From IMG/VR virus record IMGVR_UViG_3300021420_000030: 64,000 bases of DNA, one strand, 5' to 3'. This DNA is from an uncultured virus (IMG/VR IMGVR_UViG_3300021420_000030). Lineage: Duplodnaviria > Heunggongvirae > Uroviricota > Caudoviricetes. The notes under the pieces are model-generated. The model was not told where the DNA came from. It ran no database searches and worked only from the letters and a program-made list of their open reading frames with translations. Within the stretch, counting starts at the first letter, position 1. Every line of letters begins with the position of its first letter. Of this stretch, positions 9,112 to 18,421 are shown in pieces. Position numbers and translations under genes: made by a program.

Positions 9112-9333
9112 ATGCCCAAAGGAAAACTGTACGAGTATTGCATCCTCTTCCACCCGAAACCAACCAAGGATCAGATGGATCGAGGAGAGAGTCCGAAGTC
9201 TTCGATTCTGGTGGCCCCCACGTCGCTCTTAGCCACGGACGATAAGCAGGTGGCGATGATTGCCAGCCGGGCGATACCGGATACCTATACCGATAAACTG
9301 GAAGATGTGGAGATCGTGGTCCGCCCTTTCTAG
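9112..9333 (+). CDS. Small phage protein ending IVVRPF; candidate -1 frameshift extension to 9506
   Basis: AAGGAG RBS; CCCTTTC heptamer immediately before TAG. Confidence 0.75.
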   Translation: MPKGKLYEYCILFHPKPTKDQMDRGESPKSSILVAPTSLLATDDKQVAMIASRAIPDTYTDKLEDVEIVVRPF

Positions 9334-9549
9334 CCCGCATCAGCGATCCAGCGGCAACTGCACAAAGTCTTGCGAAGCAGTTGGTGCGGGCGAATGAACG
9401 GTTTATGGCGCAGCCTAACACGGCTATTTCACAGTTTGCACCAGTAACCACAACGAGCAGTGGCACGTCGACCAGCTACATGGCGAATACGGTGGCCAAG
9501 TCGTAACCAAGGGGGCTCCGGTGAAAGACCGGAGCCAGAAAGGAGAACT

Positions 9550-9870
9550 ATGAGACGGTGGCATTATGAGCAACCGTTACTCGAAAGACGCTTTGATATC
9601 GAACAACGCAAACATGCAGAGGATGCGGATCATATCCTCGATCGATTTGGCGGTGTTTTGATTCCAGATGAAACTCCGCAATGGATTATCGACTACTACA
9701 ATTCCCCGGACTGTCATTGCATGTCGGGAGCGGGGACCATGCGTAAGATCCGCCCGTACTCTTGTTCCTGCTGCCACTGCCGGAGGGAAACATGGGAACG
9801 GCGGCGGGAACACCGGGGACGAGGAAAAAAGAAACGAGACGCCATTCGCTATGAGATGGAGGCGGGATAA
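9550..9870 (+). CDS. Basic Cys-rich hypothetical protein
   Basis: AAGGAG RBS before ATG 9550. Confidence 0.65.
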   Translation: MRRWHYEQPLLERRFDIEQRKHAEDADHILDRFGGVLIPDETPQWIIDYYNSPDCHCMSGAGTMRKIRPYSCSCCHCRRETWERRREHRGRGKKKRDAIRYEMEAG

Positions 9871-9915
9871 ATTTCTTGCTGGAAAAATCCTCAAAATATC
9901 TTATAATAATTAATC

Positions 9916-10224
9916 GTGAAGGAGACCTGTTGCGTTCCAGACTGCCCGGAGACTGCGATTCATCTGAGGGGCTGCTGTAGAAGCTGCTACACCTATGCTG
10001 CCACTCTGGTGTTCCACAAGCTGACCACATGGGATCAACTGGAAGCCACGGGCTGCGTGGGTTCGGTAACTGGTCAGTTGCAATCGCCGAAGAGGCCGGT
10101 ACGTTCTGATTGGTTCAGCCGGGCAACGCCGTACACTCCCGATGGGATGATTGATGAACTGCGCCGCCGGACAGCCGACTATGTGGCTGGAGGGGGCCGC
10201 AAGAAAGGAAAAAAACGTGGCTGA
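9916..10224 (+). CDS. Hypothetical Zn-binding protein
   Basis: CxVPDC...RGCCxxCY motif. Confidence 0.55.
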   Translation: MKETCCVPDCPETAIHLRGCCRSCYTYAATLVFHKLTTWDQLEATGCVGSVTGQLQSPKRPVRSDWFSRATPYTPDGMIDELRRRTADYVAGGGRKKGKKRG

Positions 10225-11038
10225 GACACCATTGATATTCACGCTCATACCGAAGGTTATGGCTGATATTGGGGCTGTAGCTAAAACGGGTCGTAACGAG
10301 CAGCAAGGTTACTCCTTTCGTGGGATCGATTCGTTTTACAATGCGGCCCATCCGGCTCTCGTGAAGCACGGAGTCTTCTGCTGTCCGCAGGTATTGGAAT
10401 ACACCAGCGAAGACCGTGTGATGAAGAACGGCTCCCCAGCGGTTCGCGTCACCATGAAGGTCGCTCACCGCTTCTACGCTCCTGACGGATCTTTCATTGA
10501 AGTCATCACCTGCGGCGAAGGCTTGGATACTTCCGATAAAGCCTCAAACAAATCGATGTCTGCGGCGATGAAGTACGCGTTAATAGAACTTTTCTCGATT
10601 CCGACCGCTGACATTGACGATTCTGATAAGACTTCCCCCGAAGCCGGGCAGGCCGGGAAAGGCTCCATCGCCGAGCCGGTGACTCTGACCCGTCCGGCGA
10701 AGGGACCGGAGACAGAGCTGGGCAAGGCACTCATCTTCGGTCATGAAGTCGCTGTCAATGTGCCTGTCCCTGAGCTGGAATTTGTTCCCGAGGCTCCCGT
10801 CTTTATCGACGTTCATCAAAAATCATATCTTTCAAGGCGCTTTAGGGAAAACTTGAAGAAAGAACTTGAACCGCAGGCCAACGAGAAGCGCCACGAAGCG
10901 TTAGTAAAACTGCATCAGTCGAAGAAGTTTAAAAGCGCATTGATTGATATAAACGGTAATCCGAGTCAGGAAGGCATTTTACTTTCGGAATACCAAGATA
11001 TTGGTCGGGAGTTGGTTAAAATTGCGAAGTCTTTATAG
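10217..11038 (+). CDS. erf: ERF-family single-strand annealing protein
   Basis: KTGRNEQQGYSFRGID...GEGLDTSDKASNKSMSAAMKYAL...DSD; GTG start after AAGGA. Confidence 0.85.
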   Translation: MAETPLIFTLIPKVMADIGAVAKTGRNEQQGYSFRGIDSFYNAAHPALVKHGVFCCPQVLEYTSEDRVMKNGSPAVRVTMKVAHRFYAPDGSFIEVITCGEGLDTSDKASNKSMSAAMKYALIELFSIPTADIDDSDKTSPEAGQAGKGSIAEPVTLTRPAKGPETELGKALIFGHEVAVNVPVPELEFVPEAPVFIDVHQKSYLSRRFRENLKKELEPQANEKRHEALVKLHQSKKFKSALIDINGNPSQEGILLSEYQDIGRELVKIAKSL

Positions 11039-11039
11039 G

Positions 11040-11067
11040 TTGACTCTCTGGCATTTGATGGTATGAT
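11040..11067 (+). promoter_or_regulatory. Sigma70-like promoter
   Basis: TTGACT-16 nt-TATGAT with extended TGn. Confidence 0.6.
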
Positions 11068-11085
11068 ATGGCACGGAGAGCCAAA

Positions 11086-11364
11086 ATGGAAACTGCTGAG
11101 ATCAGCCGCCATCAAGTCGCCATGTATCTTTTTGTCAAGGGAGCGAAAGGCTGGGTTACCTCAAGGGACATCGAGGAGGGAGCGGGCGTGTGTGGCTCCA
11201 GCGCGAGACATTTCGCAAAGAAGCTCGTGGACATGGGGATCTTTGATGTTGCCGAAGTGTTCCCCGGCCACCGCTATCGCCTTTCCAGCCTAGCCAGTAA
11301 AAGAAATAAATCCATGGTCGTCAGGTTTGAAACAGCCGCAAGTGTGTTTGGAATGGATGAATGA
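11086..11364 (+). CDS. Putative winged-helix DNA-binding protein
   Basis: WVTSRDIEE...SSARHFAKKLVDMGI...HRYRL wHTH-like pattern. Confidence 0.6.
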   Translation: METAEISRHQVAMYLFVKGAKGWVTSRDIEEGAGVCGSSARHFAKKLVDMGIFDVAEVFPGHRYRLSSLASKRNKSMVVRFETAASVFGMDE

Positions 11365-11990
11365 GTTCGATTCTAGAAACCGATATCATTCAAGACGGAA
11401 TCCGATTTCGGTCAAGAGATCATTCCTATACCCATATTGAGACCGGGGTAAGGCTGGCCTCGGTCAGTGAGGTAATCTCTACAGTCTATGCTAAAAAAAG
11501 CTGGGACGGTGTTTCTCCTGAAATTGTAGAGACTGCAAAGATCCGTGGAATTGCAGTCGACTATTGGATGACTAGGTATTTACGGGAAGGCTCAATCACT
11601 ATCGAAGGAGAGTCCTACGATGTCCGAGATCGCGTCAATGTGGCCGTTCGGATCTTTGAGTCACAATTCGCTGGACTTCAAGCCGAGACCCAAAAGATCG
11701 TTTTTTCTCTCGATGACCTAGTTGCTGGGATGGTTGATTTTTGGATCGATGGTCGAATCGTTGTTGACCTTAAAAACACCTATTCGACCGAAAAGGGATG
11801 GTTACTTCAACTTGGGGCCTATTGCACCTATGTCCCACAACCAGTCGAACGATGTGGCGTTCTTCATGTTAGTCCAAAGGTCTATAAGCAAGGCGGCATG
11901 TGGATTGAGTACGACGTGGAACTATGCCGCAGTTACTGGAGAGCCGCAGTCGAATGGTGGAAGTTGACCAGACAGTTCGGGAAGCGATGA
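11361..11990 (+). CDS. PD-(D/E)XK exonuclease (Cas4/YqaJ-like)
   Basis: SVSEVI, AGMVD, VVDLKN, QLGAY motifs. Confidence 0.75.
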   Translation: MSSILETDIIQDGIRFRSRDHSYTHIETGVRLASVSEVISTVYAKKSWDGVSPEIVETAKIRGIAVDYWMTRYLREGSITIEGESYDVRDRVNVAVRIFESQFAGLQAETQKIVFSLDDLVAGMVDFWIDGRIVVDLKNTYSTEKGWLLQLGAYCTYVPQPVERCGVLHVSPKVYKQGGMWIEYDVELCRSYWRAAVEWWKLTRQFGKR

Positions 11991-12352
11991 GCGAATCGGA
12001 TATCCAGAAATCAATACTTGATTATCTGAACACGGTTGTCGGTATCCGGGCCTGGCGGCGCAACGTGGGCGCATTTACCGGTGAGTATAAAGGCAAAAAA
12101 CGATTCGTGCGATTCAGCCAGGCGGGACAGGCCGATATCTGGGGGATTGGCCCACACGGCATTCATTGTGAGTTTGAGATCAAGGCGGACCGTGGCGTGT
12201 TGAGTGAACCGCAGCGGCAGTTCCTCTGTGAAGTGCTGGATGGCGGTGGAATCGCCATGGTTTGTCACTCCGTAAAAGAATGCGCTATCCAGTTGGAGGC
12301 GGCTTACGTAGAGCGCGGGTTCGCATTCAACAGGCATTGGAGGGTTTCATAA
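11987..12352 (+). CDS. VRR-NUC / Holliday-junction resolvase-like nuclease
   Basis: ESDIQKSI...GQADI...EFEIK...LSEPQ. Confidence 0.8.
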   Translation: MSESDIQKSILDYLNTVVGIRAWRRNVGAFTGEYKGKKRFVRFSQAGQADIWGIGPHGIHCEFEIKADRGVLSEPQRQFLCEVLDGGGIAMVCHSVKECAIQLEAAYVERGFAFNRHWRVS

Positions 12353-12651
12353 TGGCGAGTACATGGCTTTGTAGACTTTGCTGGCGTGCCGGAAAGTTTA
12401 TCGTGGAACTTCCGTCCCCGGAAGCCATGCGCATTGCGACCGAGAATCATCACTATCTCGTCGATCTGGACATGCGGGCCGCGAGAGTCCCTGCGGGGAT
12501 GCAGGCATGGGCCAATAGCGAAATCATGGATAAGTACCCTGCCGTGGACTGTGCCGGAGATATCCGGATCGGAGAATCACCGGCCGCAAAACAACGCTTC
12601 GATAAAAGAACATCGCCTGAATTTGATTTTGAAGGAGAGCGTCATGGCTAA
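12352..12651 (+). CDS. Hypothetical protein
   Basis: TAATG coupling. Confidence 0.55.
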   Translation: MASTWLCRLCWRAGKFIVELPSPEAMRIATENHHYLVDLDMRAARVPAGMQAWANSEIMDKYPAVDCAGDIRIGESPAAKQRFDKRTSPEFDFEGERHG

Positions 12652-12916
12652 ATGCCCGTATTGCTCAAAAGAGATCGATATCAAACTTGTCGCCTCCGGC
12701 CCCCGGCAATCGACACTGACGCCGGTATCGGCTTCTATTGATAACCTGAATGAACTCATGGAATCGGTTCGTGCGATCAACAAGGATTCCCTGAATGACT
12801 TTGAACGGAAATTTGTGACGGACCAGCTGGAGCGGTATGAACAGTATGGGGAACGGATGCGGCTGAGCGAAAAACAGATTAAGGTGTTACGTAAAATCAC
12901 GGGAGATGAATTCTAA
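12644..12916 (+). CDS. Hypothetical protein (CPYC; LSEKQ motif)
   Basis: AAGGAG RBS. Confidence 0.65.
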   Translation: MAKCPYCSKEIDIKLVASGPRQSTLTPVSASIDNLNELMESVRAINKDSLNDFERKFVTDQLERYEQYGERMRLSEKQIKVLRKITGDEF

Positions 12917-14073
12917 TGAAGATTGCGCCCATCCTGTTCCTGAGCGATTCGGTGAACACCCCCACCGGTCTGGGAAGGATCACTAAGGATCTCGCGGTCC
13001 TCACCAGCACGCTTCCCGAATTCCGAGTGGGCACCATGGGACGGGGTGGTCAGTACACCACCAAACTTCCCTTTGCCCAGTATTCCTTCGACGAGAATTA
13101 CGATTGGGGGGCAACCCTGCTGGAGTCGGTATGGGATGACTTCGCCGGTAACGTCACCGGAGTCATCATGACGATCTGGGACCCTAGCCGGTTATCGTGG
13201 TTTTCCAATCCGATGATGGGCGGCAGGCTGGAACAGTTTCTCCGCTCTGGCCGATTCCAACGCTGGGGCTACTTTCCGGTCGATTCCTACGGTATCGGCA
13301 ATAAACTGACCGGCCAGTGTATCGACACCATTGCCCGCTACGACCGGGTCTTGGCCTATACGTTGTTTGGTAAACAGGTGCTGGAGAACTCCCTCAACCG
13401 GGAAGTGGACTGGATTCCCCATGGCTATAACGAAAAGATATTCCAGCCACGGGACCGGGTGGCAGGCCGGGGAATGCTGGGCGTGAACAACGAAGATATC
13501 GTTTGCGGAATAGTGATGACCAATCAGGCACGGAAGGACTGGGCCACGGCCCTGGGCGCGATCGCGTTCCTGAAGAACGAAATGCCCACGATTAAACTAT
13601 GGGCCCATATCGATGTGCTGGAACGCTACTGGTCACTGCCTGCGCTGATCAACGATTTTGGCCTGACCAACACCGTGATCCTGACCTTCAACGGCCAGTA
13701 CACGAGCGAGCAGCTGAGTTACCTGTACTCTTGCTGTGACATCACGATGCTGCCCAGCACCGGAGAAGGATGGGGATTCCCGCTAGTGGAGTCCATGGCG
13801 TGCGGGGTACCGGCAATTCACGGGAACTATGGCGGCGGGGCGGAGTTGCTTCCCTCCCGCGATTGGTTGGTGGACCCGGTTACCGAGCGTCTCGATGGCC
13901 AGTGGAACTGTGTGCGGCCGGTATGGAACCCGAAAGACTGGGCGGATAAGCTGAAGCAGGTACTGGCGGAAGACGTGGATAAGGAGACATGCACGAATGC
14001 GGTATCACATTTAATGTGGAGCAATCTTTATGTATCGTGCTGGCGGCCTTGGTTCCTCGGCGGTCTGAAATGA
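12916..14073 (+). CDS. Glycosyltransferase family 4 (GT-B)
   Basis: TGLGR, NQARKD, PSTGEGWGFPLVESMACGVP. Confidence 0.9.
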   Translation: MKIAPILFLSDSVNTPTGLGRITKDLAVLTSTLPEFRVGTMGRGGQYTTKLPFAQYSFDENYDWGATLLESVWDDFAGNVTGVIMTIWDPSRLSWFSNPMMGGRLEQFLRSGRFQRWGYFPVDSYGIGNKLTGQCIDTIARYDRVLAYTLFGKQVLENSLNREVDWIPHGYNEKIFQPRDRVAGRGMLGVNNEDIVCGIVMTNQARKDWATALGAIAFLKNEMPTIKLWAHIDVLERYWSLPALINDFGLTNTVILTFNGQYTSEQLSYLYSCCDITMLPSTGEGWGFPLVESMACGVPAIHGNYGGGAELLPSRDWLVDPVTERLDGQWNCVRPVWNPKDWADKLKQVLAEDVDKETCTNAVSHLMWSNLYVSCWRPWFLGGLK

Positions 14074-14837
14074 TTGCAATTTGCGTGGCCACGATGCAGC
14101 CGGAATCCTCCGGTCCGCTTCCCGGAGACGTGGCATCGTGGGTGGATCAGGCCAGCTGCCCGCTACCGGTACATATCCATCGCAACACGCCGGAGAATAA
14201 TATCGGGATCACGCGGGCCTATGACAAACTGTACCGGGAATCGACGGAAGAGATCCTTGCATTTATTCATGATGACGTTGAGATGAAAGAGGAGAATTGG
14301 AATGAGCGAATCGGACGCGAGTTTGAAGATCCGCGAGTCGCCGTCTGTGGCCTCGGAGGTGCCCTGTGGCATGGAACCAGCGACTTATACAAAACCAAGT
14401 ACCAGCTCCAGCAGCTTAGAAGAGGGGATTATCTCAGCAACGTCAGTAATGCCGAAGTCCACGGCTCCCGATACGCTCTTCAATGTGGGGTTGCTGTTTT
14501 GGATGGGTTTGCTCTTATCTGCCGCCGTTCTTTCCTTGACCGGATTGATGGCTGGGCTCGTGTTGCCGTGGGTGCAGATTTCTACTGTTTTGACTACGCG
14601 ATTTGCGCACTGGCTCGAAGGTATAACTACCATGTTCGTCTTGTCGGCTTGCGGTGCGACCATCACGGAGGTTCTACTTCGGTATCAGCGGAAGAATCAG
14701 TCCGAAGAATAACGAGTCAAGATGTATATGACAAGTCCCATCGATGGTTCTACGAATCGTTCAGAGATGTCATGCCCTGTCGAATCCAGCTACAAAATCA
14801 GGAGTGGGTTCACTATACCAACAAGGCTCATACGTAA
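14070..14837 (+). CDS. Glycosyltransferase family 2-like (GT-A)
   Basis: AFIHDDV, AVLDGF, FYCFDY, HHGGSTS. Confidence 0.8.
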   Translation: MIAICVATMQPESSGPLPGDVASWVDQASCPLPVHIHRNTPENNIGITRAYDKLYRESTEEILAFIHDDVEMKEENWNERIGREFEDPRVAVCGLGGALWHGTSDLYKTKYQLQQLRRGDYLSNVSNAEVHGSRYALQCGVAVLDGFALICRRSFLDRIDGWARVAVGADFYCFDYAICALARRYNYHVRLVGLRCDHHGGSTSVSAEESVRRITSQDVYDKSHRWFYESFRDVMPCRIQLQNQEWVHYTNKAHT

Positions 14838-15324
14838 CGATATCTCGATTACTGACTGGGCATATCTGGCTGGATTCTACGATGGCGAAGGGACGATTAC
14901 GGCCACTACTCAAAAACGAAAAGACAGAGATTATTACCAATTGCGATTTATGGTGAACAACACCAATTATGAATTACTGCGCGGATTGCAGAATCTATTC
15001 GGTGGCGCAATTCATGTTGGCTCGGTAATGAAAGATAAGCCAAACTGGAAGCAAATTTATTCATGGCACGCAGAATCGAAAGCAACGTGCCTGCCTATTT
15101 TTTATGGAATGCTTCCGTTTCTCAGATATAAACGTAGAGAGATAGAACTGGCAATTGAATACTGGGAGGGCGTTGTTCCATGCCAGCGCGGATCTTTATC
15201 GGATAACGAAATTGAACGACGATATCGAATAGTTAAAGATATTCAGTCGCTTCCCGGGCGACGGAAATACAGGCAGACATCATTACCCGCAGAAGTGTTA
15301 AGCATGATGCCTACCCGCGTATGA
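14767..15324 (+). CDS. LAGLIDADG homing endonuclease (free-standing)
   Basis: WAYLAGFYDGEGTI, NTNYELL, LPFLRYKR; AT-richer than flanks; start uncertain. Confidence 0.85.
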   Translation: MSCPVESSYKIRSGFTIPTRLIRNDISITDWAYLAGFYDGEGTITATTQKRKDRDYYQLRFMVNNTNYELLRGLQNLFGGAIHVGSVMKDKPNWKQIYSWHAESKATCLPIFYGMLPFLRYKRREIELAIEYWEGVVPCQRGSLSDNEIERRYRIVKDIQSLPGRRKYRQTSLPAEVLSMMPTRV

Positions 15325-16778
15325 AACAAACGATAGCCTTTATTTCTCCACCCTCGCTGTTCTTACTCGATGAACGCGTGTTCCCCGCCCTCGGTATCCT
15401 CAAGGTTGCCGCCTCTGCCGAACAACTGGGCTATCCCGTCGAACACATCGATCTCACAGGCGTGACAAACTACGAGGACGCCGTTCGCGATCACTGCTCC
15501 CGCTCTCCGGCCAACATCTTCGCCATGACCGCCACCACGCCCCAGATGGTTGCTGCCACCAAGATCCTCCGGGTTCTGCGTGAATCCGCGCCTACGGCCA
15601 AGGTGATCCTTGGCGGACCCCATCCCACGCTCGTTCATGCGGCCTTTAAGAAAACATCCAGCAGCCGGGCAAAGCGGCAGATGACCCAACTGCTCCACGA
15701 CTACGACGTGATTGTCGCCGGGGACGGGGAAGACGCTATCGAGACTGCTATTCACACGAAGCTCAAGGTGATTGATGCGGATAATCCCAAGGGGGATCTC
15801 TTCATGTCGAAAGAGCGGGTGGCGGAGGCTCCGTTGCCCGCCCGGCACCTGATCGACTTGGAGAGTTACCACTACACGATTGATGGAGTGCAGGCCACAC
15901 CATTGGTCGATCAGCTAGGTTGTCCCTTTGGCTGCAATTTCTGCGCTGGAAGATCTTCGCCAATGTTACGCCGGGCGCGAATGAGGCCGGTTAAATCTGT
16001 GATCGATGAGATGCGAATGCTCTATGAGCAGTATGGCTATCGCGGCTTTATGTTTTTTTCAGACGAATTGAATGTAAATACGAAGGTCACCGAGTTGTTA
16101 CAGGCCATTTGCGGGCTCGGCGATGAGCTTGGTGTGCAGTTTCTATGCCGCGGTTTTATTAAGGCGGAACTCTTTACTGAAGAACAGGCACTGTGGATGC
16201 GTGAAGCTGGGTTCCGGCAGATCCTCTGTGGCTTTGAATCGGGCTCACCTAGAATCCTGAAAAACATCAACAAGCAGGCGACGGTCGAGGATAACAACCG
16301 GGTGATGGAACTGAGCGCCAAGTACGGGCTTGGGGTTAAGGCGCTGATGTCCATTGGTCATCCGGGAGAGTCACCGGAGACGGTGCGGGATACCGAGGAG
16401 TGGTTACTGAAGGCCGGAGTTCAGGACTTCGATGTGACGATCATCACGCCGTACCCTGGAAGCCCCTACCACGACCAGGCCGTACAGCTCAAGGTGCCCC
16501 CATCCACGTGGATGTTTACCGTCAATGGAGATCGTCTGTTCATGTGGGATATCGACTACACCCAAGTGGAAGATTTTTACAAGGGAGCCATCGGCAACTA
16601 TCAGAGTTACGTGTTTACCGACTCACTGACCAGTGAGGATCTGGTCACTCTGCGCGATGATGTGGAGCGGAATGTCCGGACGAAGCTGGGCATTCCATTT
16701 CCAAAAGCGGAGAAGGGAATGCAATTTGAGACGTCCATGGGGGCATTACCGGGAAGCGTCTATCGGAGATCGTCATGA
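15321..16778 (+). CDS. Cobalamin-binding radical SAM enzyme (class B methyltransferase-like)
   Basis: N-terminal PALGIL...ILGGPHPT...GDGE; CPFGCNFC; GFESGS; IGHPGE. Confidence 0.9.
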   Translation: MKQTIAFISPPSLFLLDERVFPALGILKVAASAEQLGYPVEHIDLTGVTNYEDAVRDHCSRSPANIFAMTATTPQMVAATKILRVLRESAPTAKVILGGPHPTLVHAAFKKTSSSRAKRQMTQLLHDYDVIVAGDGEDAIETAIHTKLKVIDADNPKGDLFMSKERVAEAPLPARHLIDLESYHYTIDGVQATPLVDQLGCPFGCNFCAGRSSPMLRRARMRPVKSVIDEMRMLYEQYGYRGFMFFSDELNVNTKVTELLQAICGLGDELGVQFLCRGFIKAELFTEEQALWMREAGFRQILCGFESGSPRILKNINKQATVEDNNRVMELSAKYGLGVKALMSIGHPGESPETVRDTEEWLLKAGVQDFDVTIITPYPGSPYHDQAVQLKVPPSTWMFTVNGDRLFMWDIDYTQVEDFYKGAIGNYQSYVFTDSLTSEDLVTLRDDVERNVRTKLGIPFPKAEKGMQFETSMGALPGSVYRRSS

Positions 16779-17503
16779 TTGTAAACGTGGTCCTTTTGGT
16801 GCACAACAGGCACATGCTGACCCACCAGACGCTGCGGACGCTGTATCGCCACACGCCAATGGATCTCTTCAATCTCACTATTTGTGACGACGAGAGCGCG
16901 ATCCCAACCAAGCCGCTGCGGCCGGAGCACAAAGCCAATTTCGTTTCTCTCCGGATTGACAACAGCAAGCACATCACTGGCATGGCCCGCAACCTTGGAG
17001 TCTACTTTGCCGAGAAGTATTGGGGCAGGGGCGATTACCTCTACTTATCGGATAACGATGTGTTTTTTACGCCTTATTGGTTAGGAAAACTGATCAATCA
17101 TGCCGATGCGATGCCTGATGTAAAAGTGTGGGGAGGATGGAATCATCCCTATCTCCAGCCTACGCCATTAGAGAAGTCGTCGTCGATGTACCCCGCCGCG
17201 TTCGACGATATGAGATTCGCGTTTCATGATGCCATTACTGGAGCTTCTCAGTTGATGCGCTGGGAAACCTGGGATCGGCATGGCCCGCTTACTGCCAACG
17301 CTCCCGGTGTCTGTCAGTCGGAAGACTGGGAGTTCTGCCAACGGATCGTTAAGGACGGCGGACGGGTGGGGTCCATCTATCCCCGAGTGGCCTTCAACTG
17401 CGGCCTGACCAACTCCTTCGGCAAGCCTGCCGTGGGTGCGGACGTGATGCTGAAGGAGTTGCAGGAAGCGAAGAAACAATACCCCGAGCTTTTTTGGGAG
17501 TGA
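16775..17503 (+). CDS. Glycosyltransferase family 2
   Basis: ICDDES, ARNLG, LSDNDV, SEDWEF. Confidence 0.85.
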   Translation: MIVNVVLLVHNRHMLTHQTLRTLYRHTPMDLFNLTICDDESAIPTKPLRPEHKANFVSLRIDNSKHITGMARNLGVYFAEKYWGRGDYLYLSDNDVFFTPYWLGKLINHADAMPDVKVWGGWNHPYLQPTPLEKSSSMYPAAFDDMRFAFHDAITGASQLMRWETWDRHGPLTANAPGVCQSEDWEFCQRIVKDGGRVGSIYPRVAFNCGLTNSFGKPAVGADVMLKELQEAKKQYPELFWE

Positions 17504-17504
17504 T

Positions 17505-17654
17505 ATGAAACTGTGTGAATGTGGCTGTGGGCATGAACCCCGTCCGGGCAACCGGTTTATTACCGGACACAACCGAAGGAAGGGGCCACCGAAACGGCTG
17601 CCGTCGACACAACCTGCCCGCGTGCTGACACGGGCCAAGCTGAAACACATATGA
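17505..17654 (+). CDS. Small CxCGCG-motif protein (MKLCECGCGHEP...FITGHN)
   Basis: 49-aa ORF filling the gap between coupled genes; ATGA overlap with next gene. Confidence 0.55.
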   Translation: MKLCECGCGHEPRPGNRFITGHNRRKGPPKRLPSTQPARVLTRAKLKHI

Positions 17655-18421
17655 AGATCATGCACCTGGGTATTGCCGTGTGGCCGTCTTGGGCCGTCGC
17701 TCAATCGAAGATGTGGATCTGGCTGAAGTCGGTGGAACGCTTCAAATACAACTTTCAATACTACGGGGTCGGTACCCGACGATGGCCGGGCTACCGGGCC
17801 CAGAAAGTGGAGTCCCAGTTGGACTGGCTTCTGAAACACGGAACCGGCGGGGCCACCCACATCCACTACACCGACTGCTGTGACTGTCTGGTGATGGCTC
17901 CTGCCGATGAATTTGAAGCCAAGTACAAGGGAATGGGCTCCCCGCCCATGCTGGTGCAGGCAGCATCCCAGCTGGGCAATGTGGGGGATGACCGCTTCTC
18001 CTGGTTTGAAGCCGATGGACGGCCCGAACGTGTCGGCAAGTTCCGCTATCCCTGTGTCGGGGGATACATCATGGAAGCAAAGCTGTTGCTTGAATTTCTC
18101 AAGAAGATGAATCGGGACTATCCCGAGTCCCAAGGCTGGGGTGATGACTGCTTTATCTGGTATGAGGGCTTCCAGCAGGGCTGGTTCCGGCCGGAGATGG
18201 ATTCCCAATGCCAGCTGTGGCAGGTGTGCCATGAAGCGGATCTCGTGGTTGCGGAGGTGGAAGGTATCAAGCGGCTGGCGAACCCCATGACGGGATCATT
18301 TCCCTGTATCTGGCATAACAGTGGGGGAAGCGCGAATCAAGAGACTTTCAAAGATGAACAGATGATTCCCATGGCGCGGAAACTCGGGATCATCGGAGCG
18401 GAGGAATTGAAGCCCGTATGA
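17651..18421 (+). CDS. PLOD (procollagen lysyl hydroxylase/GT)-like glycosyltransferase domain protein
   Basis: YTDCCD, RYPCVGGYI, GDDC, MDSQCQLWQ, PCIWHNSG recall the PLOD GT-domain motif order. Confidence 0.65.
   Translation: MKIMHLGIAVWPSWAVAQSKMWIWLKSVERFKYNFQYYGVGTRRWPGYRAQKVESQLDWLLKHGTGGATHIHYTDCCDCLVMAPADEFEAKYKGMGSPPMLVQAASQLGNVGDDRFSWFEADGRPERVGKFRYPCVGGYIMEAKLLLEFLKKMNRDYPESQGWGDDCFIWYEGFQQGWFRPEMDSQCQLWQVCHEADLVVAEVEGIKRLANPMTGSFPCIWHNSGGSANQETFKDEQMIPMARKLGIIGAEELKPV

Noticed and set aside
11361..11990. CRISPR-Cas (Cas4) locus
   Set aside because: No array or other cas genes, and no Fe-S cysteine set; context is ERF recombination
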